From Catajapyx aquilonaris (taxonomy: Eukaryota): a DNA stretch of 55,512 bases. Numbering within the stretch: the first letter of the stretch is position 1; each line of letters starts with the position of its first letter. Below the pieces are notes generated by a model. The model had not been told where the DNA came from. It saw only the letters and a list, made by a program, of their open reading frames with translations, and did no database searches. The stretch covers positions 186,001 through 241,512 of the forward strand of contig KZ538092.1 of assembly GCA_000934665.2 (NCBI GenBank), given 5' to 3'. The translations under genes and the position numbers were made by a program. Shown here piece by piece: positions 42,301-51,687 of this stretch.

Positions 42301-45300
42301 CGAATTTTTGGAGCCCTGGGGAAAAAAATCAGCTTTTATCTCAAGCTTTCCGCATTGGATCGTGTGAACTAGATACAGAATATAGGGTAATTTTTGGACT
42401 CCTGCATAAAGAAGTGGAATTGTGTTAGAATGTAAATCTAGTAAATGTGTGCAGGACTTTTGTTATTTTCGCGTGCAGAATCATATTGATGCGAGTGTGA
42501 TACTGCTCCAGAATTCATCCTCTATTGTTGATCCTATCCTACAACAAGACTGCCATGCACGATTGTTTTACGTGCCTTTTGTTCATGTTGTATATCTTTT
42601 CTTATTGTAGCCTGAATGGGGACCGGGGCTCCAAGAGTGACCACCCTCATCATATGCAGCCCTACCCCCGTCCTCACCTGCATCACTCCCACCCGCACCA
42701 TTACCACCACCACCATCACCACCCCAGACCTCCCCCCCATTCTTCCCTGCATCCTTCCCACCTGCCCCCTCACTCATCCTCCAGCCACACCAACCCAAGG
42801 CCTAATGATCCTGCAATATTCCTGCCTTCCTCCTCCGCAGCAACCATCCCCAACCACCACCACATTCACCACAGGAAGCCACACAATTCTTCATCCATCT
42901 CCTCATCTGCTGACTCCTCCTCCGAGTCCTCAGAGTCCCTACCACCCAACAGGGATGCTGATGGAGAAGAATCTGGAAGGGTAGACGATAAGATGGAAAG
43001 GGTGGAGAGGAGAAAAGCAACTGCTGTGGGGCACGGGAGGCAGCCAGTTCAGCAGCAGAGTTGCGAGTGCCATGTTTGCACTGCGCCATTGGTACCTCAT
43101 GTAAGTGACACCTAATTATGCAAAATAATATAATCATTTGACCCTTTAAAAAACACCCATTTCCCACATGATGAGGCATCAACTCCAGATTTTGTTATGT
43201 TGGAAGTTGGATCGCTAGGACTGATGGGATTATTCTCACTGTATACAACTGAACATTTGCAGTATTTGGTTCAGAAAGTCATGCTTGATTAGTTTATCTT
43301 ACTTTTGTAAAGCATATGCAGGGTCGCCTGGCCAAACATTCCTGATAATTATTAACCCAGACTCCTAGAGCAAAGAAAAACAGTAGAATCCTGATTACCT
43401 GACTCATGGAACAATAGGTATGGTTGGAAACAATAAGTGTGAGGAGCAGAGCAAGTTAAGCAGTAGACAAAAATGCAGTATGATTGTCACACTGACAGGT
43501 TTATCTGATAATAATTACAATGCGAACAACATCCAGTTTAATAAGGAGAAAATTATAATGCAACAAAGTAAATTTTGATGAACCCTGCATCAAGCATGCA
43601 CACGCAAAAGAACTTTACTAATTGCGTTGTCAGGACTTGACTGCTGAGATTCAATATTGCACATGATATCATTTGAAGCTATGGACAACGTCAATTTTGG
43701 TAGTTCACTTAGATCAACTTTTCAAGCTATACTGACTCTTGTCACTCATTTCCAGATGGACCTTCCGCCCAGCCTGTGCGAGTGCCATGCATGCTTCCAG
43801 ATGGGCAACCCTCTTCCTCCCGCCAATTCTTTCCTAGGTCTACACCCTGGAAGCTTGCATCTGTACCCTCATATTCATGGTGTTTCCAGCCCAACCGCCA
43901 CTGCCGCCACTTCCAGTTCTATGCCCAATGAGAGGGGGTCTGCTACTGGAGAATCAGATAGAGGAAGCAATACTTTTCCCCCTCCCTTGTACACCCTTCC
44001 TCCTCCTCCGCCACCACCTCCACCCCCGCCGCCTCCCCCTCCCCCACCACAGCCCCTGACCCCAAAGTCACCCTTGTTGTCCCCTCTGAGTCCTCAGAGT
44101 CCCCAGTCCCCCATGTCTCCCCAGTCCCCTCAGTCCCCGTTGTCACCTCAGACACCACCTGGCGATCCGCCCCCTGGCACCGAGGCCTTTGCCCAACTGG
44201 CTGCTATGGCTAGCACAGGAACCCAGACACCACCACCTGCTCTACCGCCACCGCCACTTCCACTCAGGGCAACAGCTCCCAAACCACCTCCGCCGAAGCA
44301 GGCTGTGACCCGTGCATCGCTCAACTCAACTGCAAGGAGCACGACTCAGCCAGCAGCAAAGCCACCAACTGCAGGTCACCCTCAGCCCCATTCTTGTACC
44401 AGGGCTGCTCGGAATGCCCCGAAGGTGGCTGCGGCTGCAAAGAAAGCTGTGCCTCAGCCTTCTGGCGAGTGTAAACAATGTGAGTGCACTTTTGCAGACA
44501 ATGGTGGCGAATTAAGTTGTAGGTGCTAATACAATGGCATTTTTCTCATTGTCTTCTGCGAAGGCGGTGGTATGGAGTGTGCTGACGTAGATGATAGCTC
44601 TAGCATGGAAGACTCGGGCTCAGAACAGTCAGGGTCCACTGCATCGACGCAGAAAGATGGGAAGCATTGCAACTGCTGCTACTGCGAGGTCTTTGGACAC
44701 AGTGTGGTAAGTGCATTGCGTACCACTGGTTACAATGGGATATTCCACCATGATTTCCATGTGGCAATTAAATTAAACTTGGATCAATTATGCAGGTGTA
44801 CACTGCAAAGGGTATGCAGATTTAATGGGCACTTATTTGTTGCTTTAGGCCTTAGGGTGCTGACATGTCATGCAGTTGAGGAATTTGACTTATTGCCATC
44901 ATTGTGTTAACCCCTTTTTTTTTCTTTTCATATAGCCGGCAGTGGCTCCAGTGAGCCGCAACTATCCAGAGATGCGGGAGCGCCTCAGGCTTCTCTTGAC
45001 CAAAAAGCGTGCCCAATGCAAGCAACCATCGGCACAACAACCTCAGCTCCAGCCTATGCAAGGTGGGGCCACCCCTTCAGGGTCCCCAACAACTGCTCCT
45101 GGGGCAGTGCAAGGAGCAGCATCTGCAAATAAAGTTGCAGGTGCTGTTTCCGTACCAGCTCAGCCTGAGAACATACCAAATGCAACTGCAAGGAGTGGAG
45201 GAGATGGCAGAGAGGATGAGCCTCCTGAGGTCCACCCTTCAGAGTTGAAAGGACGAAATCACGATCCACGTGATCTGGAATCTCTTCTGGCTTACATTGA

Positions 45301-48300
45301 GGGCACTAAGAACAAAAAGGCAGAGGAGGAGGAAGCAGTGTACAATGCAAAGAAAGCAGCCAAGAAAGCCCGACAGAAACAGAAGAAGGCAGAAGAAAAG
45401 GTGAGGCGAGAACAGCAGGAGGCTGAGGAGCGAGCAAGGCGGGAGAGAGAGGCCAAGGAGCGGGAGGAGCGAGAAAGGCGAGAGAGGGAAGCCAGAGAGA
45501 GAGAGGCTCGACTCCAGAGGGAAAGGGAGCAGCAGCGGGAGAGGGAGAGACAGAAACAGGCCAAGAAGAAACCACCAGCACCATCGTCGGAAGTCACCAT
45601 CACTCTGGTCAAAAATGGGAGAGGCGCCAATAATAAGGGGAATGCAAAGCAACCCATCACTCGCAGCCTGCAAGCATTTTTCGATCAGCCTGGCGGAAAA
45701 GGGAAAGAGGCTAGGGGAGCGACAATGGCTCCAACACCACCATCGGTTGAGAGCCAGTCAGCTGCAGAGAAGGCACCGCAGATGGTTACCATCAAAAGGG
45801 TGATGGAACCGAACAGCAGTGAACCAACCGTTACCATCACACTCAAAGGGGAGACGCCTGACCAGGACCAGGTGCTCTTCACCCTCGTCAATGGTCAAGG
45901 TAAATGTTACATATCAGCTTGATTACATTTGTGACATTTCACTGCGGGGAAGAACCTTGGAATCGTGTAGATTATGTCAATATCACACATGTTGTAATTA
46001 CAATAGCAGTTAGGATTAACTGGTTCCCAATGATGATTCCCCAATTCCAGAAAAATATTATGCTGGAAGTTTGGATCGCTAGGACTGATGGGAACTTTGC
46101 AATCGCGGCATGTTCTAGTTTCACATGGCTCGGTTTTTAGTTTGGCATCAAAAGGATGTCACGTGTGGCGAGATTGGACTCGACCCAGCCACCTACCGCA
46201 GTTAGATTAGGTAGCCACCCAGTGGAAACAGATTTGCACACCGAACTAGCAGGCTTGACTTGGTGCCAAGAAGCAATAAGCAGGGAGGAGAGAGAAGAAA
46301 AAAAAACAGATGACTTATTAGGTGCAGATATGGACTGGTCAAGTTATTTGATGTTTCGCTAGGTCTAATATTAAGGTGGCTACGTTACGTACGTATTCTG
46401 TCATCTTGCAGTGCTTTACACACGAGGACTAGAGTTGCTTTTCAAGTGGTCTTTTATATGCTTTGGTGTAACTGTCACTTAAGACAATTTTCTGATTATT
46501 TATTAGCACAACTGAGCTCCGTGTCATGCTCATTAAAATTATTGCAGCTGCTGATGAGTAATGACATAGTGAGAAAGCAGCTTCGACATGAAGGTGTTTC
46601 AACTTCATGCTGGAAGGGGAAAATATGCAGGGTAATAAATGTGCGACTCTCGAGACTTTTAGTAACACGATAGCAGGCATCCTCTACGTCAAGAGAGGGA
46701 ATATGTTTGCAAGCGAGGATTTTTACTTATTTCAGTGCAAAAAGCTCTACAGGTTAACAATGGTGAAGGTGGAAAGGGGAAGAAGAAGAAGAAAAAGAAG
46801 GCCACCAATGGTGTGGAGGTAGTCGCTCCGACTCCTCAGTCGAAAGCCAACCAGAAGGCCCAACCCAAGGTCCAGGCTAATGGCAAGCAGCAGTCGAACA
46901 AGGTTCAACCCAACAAGCAGCAGCAGCAGCAGCCAAAGCCGCAGCCCAAATCCCAGCCTAAGGCAACACCTCAACCCCAGCTGAAACCTATTCAGCAACC
47001 CAGGGTCCAGCTGAAACTGCAGCAGCAACAACAGCAGCAACTGCAGCAGCGCCCACCACCTCAACAACAACCTGTACCAATTCCACAGCCGATCCTACCC
47101 AACCACAACCACCCGCCATTCTTCCAGCCTATGCAAAACCACCACCACCATCACAGTAGCGAGCCATCTCCTTTTGTGCTGGAAAACCTGAAGCTGCCTC
47201 CAGGCATCACCATCACCAAAGTTGATGGCCCCCCTCCTCCTCCTCGGTCCCTCCCAGTCCGCCCCCATCCACCACCTCAACCCCAGGTGCCGGCAAACAA
47301 TCAAAACTCAGCTCATCTTCAGAAGGGGATGCATCCGTTCATGTTCCCTGGAGGAATGGGCATGGGTATGGGCATGGGAATGGGGATGGGAATGGGAATG
47401 GGTATGGGTATGGGTATGGGGGCGCCCAGTGTGATAGTTGTTGACACTGGACGACTTCGAGATGAGAAGGATCGGCAGAGAGGTGAGGCATTATCTGCAG
47501 AGTTGCGCCAAGCCACGGAATTGTTTCAGTAATGCATGACCCATTCCCGCTTTACAGAGGATGAGGTTCCAGAGGCTGGAAAGAAGAGCAAGAAGAAGAA
47601 AAAGAAGGCCGACAATGCCATGGGCAACAATCAGCAATCAAACACTGCCAGCAACCACCACCAGCAGCAGCCTCAGCAGCAGGGTGGAAGCAACAAGTCA
47701 AAGTTGATGATCAATAGCATTTCCAAGTCCAGCCAGCCAAACCTGCCGAGCAACAAGCGGGTTCAAAACGGTCAACCACAGCAGCAGAAGCAAGCGCCCA
47801 AGCCTATGGCTAATGGGAAACAAATGAATGGCAATATCAGAGGTGGCCAAGTGCCATCTACTATGCAAAATGGTGGGTTACGGAAAGTGGAGGAGAGGAA
47901 GGGCAAGCAATGCCCCCAAATCCAGCAACAGCAGCAACCCCAACGCATGGTCCCAAATGGGCGCATCCCTTCTGCTAAAGCAACCAGCTTTAAGCAGCAG
48001 GGTGCCCCAGACAAGTTCCAGCAGAGGCAGGCAATGGTCAACGGTTTCGAGCAGGCCAGGTCGGGTGGGGGCAAGCACCACCACCTATTGGCTGATTTTG
48101 GGGCAGTCTTAGAGGCGGCCACCATGGCAGCGGCTGCTGCCGGGGCCAAGAAAAAGAAGAAGAGGAAGAAGGGAGTTGGTCCAAACAGCAATCTTGATGA
48201 CTGGAACTCTGTTGGTGAGTGCCACATTGTACCAGTTATTGATTACACTGGCATTGTCATTGCATGGGAACATTACCTGGAAGAATAACCGACAGAGAGA

Positions 48301-49666
48301 TTGAGATTAACTGGAAGATTGCCATAATTGCCGGTTCGTATGTCAAGAGTGAAGAAGCCAGTTGTATCTAAATGTAGACATATTATGCGTAGGAGTGATG
48401 TTGATTCCTTCCGCATGATTAGGTATAAATCAGACTTATGAGTCACTTAACCCCATTCTCGAAATTTCAAACGTATTCGAACCACGTCTCTGGATTCTTC
48501 GAATCATCTCATTAAAGTTCCCCCCACAGTCATTTAATTAGATCATGAATCACCAACCGTCACACTTGTCTGGAGATTATTCCATGTTCTTGCTCGGCAC
48601 AGAGAAAGCTTCACCATGAACTACCAATATTACCAGCTTGCGATATCCTTTGGAAAGTGCTTCATTATTGCTCCATGTGTGACGGACCATAACCCCCATG
48701 TTAGTGACGCATAAATGGAGCTCTGAGGTTTTATGGCCATGTGCGTCTCATTACGCGATCATCAAATTTAGCCATGGCAAGTGGATGAACTTTAAAGCAT
48801 TTTGGTTAAAATTAACAAGGCTCTTACAGTGAAATTATGAAGTTTCTTAAAGCGATCCTTGGGGTTGTGATTTGGGGACAAAGATCATGCCTTGCATTGA
48901 GACGTTTGCAAGTTTCTAGAAACGACTCGGTGTAATTATTAATATGAATGCATTTTCTTGTAAATGAGGAATTGTTCGGTGGCAAAGTGGACACGAAGCT
49001 GTTGCAATACACCAAAGTTCACCAGGAAGGATATTTTTAGTCCCTTTTTTTTTGCATGGTAATTCCTTGCAAACCCATGAACAATAGGCCCTATTTCTGT
49101 GCTGCTTGTTGATTAGGTAACACAAGATCACAAACAATGCCGCTTAGAATTCAGTTGCAAAACTTTAGTGCCTGTTATTTCTGCACCGTGTTGGGCAAAT
49201 CCTGCTTTTTGCAGATGGGGCTTATTTCAAAACACAAATTCAGGAAAGAGGTGTTTTTTTTTTTTTACTGCTCAAGGCAATGTGTGCAAGGTCTAAAGTA
49301 CTGCTCTAGACTAAGAGGTGGCAGTACCAGTGGTGCTCTTTGAATATGTGGAGACGCACATTAGGGAATTTCTTCACCTTGTATAATATTCTTGCCAATA
49401 TGAAACGAGGTGTTATGCTTTTCATCTTCTTACATTTATTTGACAATTTCAATATTATTTTTCTCTTACCAATTACAGACAGCGTATTTGCCCCAAAGGA
49501 AGACATAGACCTGGAGAATGGCGACATTGATGATGACGAGAAGGAACTGGAAGCGTTCAAGCGCTTCTGTTTCAATTCGGTGCCATTGGCCAGGAAGGAA
49601 AAGGTCAACCTCAATTTAAAGGATTTGGTCATCAAGAAGAGGCCAGGGGTTGCATGTTCCTCTTGA
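36377..49666 (+). CDS. FAM193A: FAM193A-like protein, 14 coding exons
   Basis: Exons 36377-36541, 38514-38906, 39183-39436, 39646-39816, 39898-40294, 40714-40847, 41729-42148, 42611-43100, 43756-44479, 44564-44706, 44936-45899, 46736-47482, 47558-48214, 49479-49666, all phase-consistent. FAM193 motifs: RLCGHDPHELFRRLD, CNCCYCEVFGH..APVSRNYPEMRERLRLLLTKK, DPRDLESLLAYIEG, KKAAKKARQKQKK and the C-terminal DSVFAPKEDIDL...EKELEAFKRFC. Confidence 0.92.
36941..37263. mobile_element. Tc1/mariner-pogo-type MITE (323 bp) with TA target duplication, in FAM193A intron 1
   Basis: TA|cactgtactcccgattatc ... gataaccgggagtacagtc|TA (17/19 TIR match), plus a subterminal inverted copy (attatccgtgc / gcacggataat). 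Confidence 0.75.
40390..40462 (+). ncRNA. Intronic box C/D snoRNA-like unit, copy 1
   Basis: Terminal stem gttccca/tgggaac, box C GTGATGA 40398-40404, guide ttggatcgctagga, box D CTGA 40452-40455; lies in intron 40295-40713. Confidence 0.85.
40892..41097. mobile_element. 206-bp whole-length palindromic MITE (PIF/Harbinger-like ends, tentative)
   Basis: Perfect 33-bp TIR aaggtgcgtttacatgtgagtgatttgatagcg, with imperfect pairing continuing for ~95 bp to a short central loop. No clean 3-bp TSD. Confidence 0.8.
41154..41487 (+). repeat. ~330-bp intronic duplication, copy A (copy B at 43101-43429)
   Basis: Near-identical by eye from aagtgacacctaattatgcaaaata to ggaacaataggta.ggttggaa; includes snoRNA copies 2 and 3. 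Confidence 0.92.
41213..41282 (+). ncRNA. Intronic box C/D snoRNA-like unit, copy 2
   Basis: Stem ttccca/tgggaa, box C ATGATGA 41220-41226, internal hairpin, guide ttggatcgctagga, box D CTGA 41273-41276; lies in intron 40848-41728. Confidence 0.85.
43101..43429 (+). repeat. ~330-bp intronic duplication, copy B (starts at the GTAAGT donor)
   Basis: Aligns to 41154-41487. Confidence 0.92.
43162..43229 (+). ncRNA. Intronic box C/D snoRNA-like unit, copy 3
   Basis: Stem tccca/tggga, box C ATGATGA 43168-43174, box D CTGA 43221-43224; box-to-box sequence identical to copy 2; lies in intron 43101-43755. Confidence 0.85.
46023..46095 (+). ncRNA. Intronic box C/D snoRNA-like unit, copy 4
   Basis: Stem gttccca/tgggaac, box C ATGATGA 46030-46036, internal ttccag/ctggaa hairpin, guide ttggatcgctagga, box D CTGA 46085-46088; lies in intron 45900-46735. 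Confidence 0.85.
47353..47421 (+). repeat. Coding hexamer repeat (GGN ATG)11 encoding (Gly-Met)11
   Basis: Direct read within FAM193A exon 46736-47482. Confidence 0.95.
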
Positions 49667-50372
49667 AGAGCTACCACAGAAAACGCTTAATTTTGGTATC
49701 TGATGAAATTTTTGTGATTATGCAGGTTCAGGAAATTTTTCTTTTCGTGTTTGTTTTGCTGCAGTACATGCTGATCAGTATTTACGAAAGAAGAGAAAGG
49801 GACGAGCCGCAATCGTCCCCTTGCTCTTTTTAATAAACGACACTACGCAAAACAGTTTTAAAGTAAGGGAGACACTGTCCAGGTAAAAATAAAAGTTGTG
49901 TGTTCATAAGGATTGTAAAAGTAGGTGATAGGTTAAAACTTCTTAGTGGCCCTTGCGCCCCCGCTCTCCCGGTTTTGCCAACCACCAAGTTGTACACTTT
50001 TATATCCAAGGTGACTCGGAGATCGCATGATGTGAAGGTGAGAGAGAGGAAGTTCCCTCCTCGACTCCCATCTTTCGCTGCCCACCCCCGCCTTTCCCCA
50101 TTTCCTGCTGCTCCCAATCCCTCCCCAATGACTAGGGGCAGCACAGCTCCGTTTGCATTCATGTTATGGTCGTTTGAAACGGTGTTNCCCCCCCTCCCTT
50201 AGTGTGTTGGCAGATAATTAAAGTGAAGTTAGGGTGCACTTTGATCCTCTGTTGTTTCCTTTAAATTTCCCTCCTTCAGATATTCAATGAGCTTACAGAT
50301 AATTGGTGCAAGATGTTCAGAAGATGACACACACGATGATTTTCTCTAGTAGTTTGTAGCAGTCATGGAATC

Positions 50373-50482
50373 GGAATTTTCGTCATACTACTACTAACTA
50401 GTTACTTCTAACTTAGCAACCAGTGTAATGCAATAGTACTGCTAAGTTAGCAGTAACTAGTAATATGATGAAAATTCCACCC
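50373..50482. mobile_element. Short palindromic MITE-like family, copy A
   Basis: ggaattttcgtcata...ctaacttagca / tgctaagttag...tatgatgaaaattccaccc; related copies at 51355-51410 and 55324-55424. Confidence 0.7.
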
Positions 50483-51354
50483 TTTCTGTTGAATATTACA
50501 GAAGCCATAATATTTTGCCATAAGAGTGATAACGCAGGTTTCATTAAATATTGCGTAAGGAAGGAATGTCGCGCTTCACTTAGGCTTTATGCAATATTTC
50601 AAGCGCTTGCATTACATATGCCTTGGTTCCTCCGCAACACGCTGGTGTCACAGTTATTGCTTCAGGTTCAGAATTTAAGTGCCGGGAAAACCTGTAACTT
50701 CTCCCAAAAGTTGAGTGGAAGTGCTCATCACACTTCCTCCGGTAGCATATATTCCTCCGGTTGCTCCTTCTACGGACATTTCCTCTTCCTGTCATTTTTC
50801 AAGAGAACCATAACTCTTTCTTCAGTTCCTTAAGGTGGGTATTTCAAGGGGGGGTGGTGTGACTCTGAGGGTGTGGGGAGGGGGGGTTATACCACCGAAA
50901 TAAACCAGGGGTGCTGATTTTTTTGCGAGGAGGGGTTGACGAGTGGGTAGACTGGGAATGTCACGTGGAGGCGCTTGTTTCAAGGTTGGAATGATTTTTT
51001 GGACCACCGAACTGGCTGAATGGTGCACACCAGAAGCTGACTCATGAACGAGATACGCCAGATTCTTCTCTCTTTTTTAAATTTGTCGTCCCCCCCCAAC
51101 TCAACCTCTCACCTCCTCCAAGGAGCGTGAAATGTCTTATTAGAAATTGAGTAATGCTACTGCAACAAGTTATGTAGCTGTACAACCGGGGCCAAATAAG
51201 ATTTAACTCCATTTAAAAAGGCCGGAATTGACATTTAGTGCGAATAATTATTGCCAAATATTGCTGGACTCAGACGTAACAAATGTTGCTGGATTTATTG
51301 TACAGGTTTCTTCCTAATTATTCAAAATTTATGTACAGGTGCAATTTAGCATCA

Positions 51355-51410
51355 TTTCGTCCCACTGCTAACTTAGCAGTTTAACTAGCAGTGGAACGAA
51401 AATTCCACCC
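51355..51410. mobile_element. Short palindromic MITE-like family, copy B (internally deleted)
   Basis: tttcgtcccactgctaacttagcag...tagcagtggaacgaaaattccaccc. Confidence 0.65.
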
Positions 51411-51522
51411 ACTGTCGTTACTAATTGTTAGTTGGCATTATAAATGCATCATGTTGCCGATACAGCCTACGACATGTCCATCGCTTCAAAAACTGGTTGG
51501 TGTTACTATGTGGCAATGCAAC

Positions 51523-51687
51523 TAGAAAAAACGAGCGAAGCGAGTGTTTCTGTAACCGCAGGCATAGAAAAATGAGAGCAAAGCGAGTGTTTCTGTAACC
51601 ACATGGGTAGACAAATGAGAGCGAAGCGAGTGTTTCTGTAACCGCAGGCATAGAAAAATGAGAGCGAAGCGAGGTTTTTTTTCTAGT
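51523..51687 (+). repeat. 42-43-bp tandem repeat (3 full units plus a partial one) ending in a Helitron-like CTAG-T terminus
   Basis: Units start at 51523, 51565, 51608 and 51651 (tagaaaaatgagagcgaagcgagtgtttctgtaacc + 7 nt). The last unit ends gagcgaagcgaggtttttttt-CTAG-T. Confidence 0.85.

Noticed and set aside
42300..42420. Two Sm-site-like AATTTTTGG motifs suggesting an snRNA
   Set aside because: No similarity to U1, U2, U4, U5, U7, U11 or U12 as I recall them, and no stable 3' stem-loop; the motif is common in AT-rich introns.
44465..44470. GC-AG donor (GCGAGT) in FAM193A
   Set aside because: A canonical GTGAGT donor in the same phase lies at 44480 and is sufficient.
44712..44870. Possible H/ACA snoRNA in a FAM193A intron
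   Set aside because: Hairpins, an ANANNA and an ACA can be found, but I could not build a convincing two-hairpin fold with pseudouridylation pockets by eye.
45054..48227. Several long antisense ORFs over FAM193A
   Set aside because: Shadows of low-complexity Gln/Lys/Glu/Arg-rich coding sequence on the + strand.
51523..51687. CRISPR-like repeat array
   Set aside because: The variable part is only ~7 nt and recurs (gcaggca twice), there are no cas genes, and the context is eukaryotic; it is a tandem repeat.
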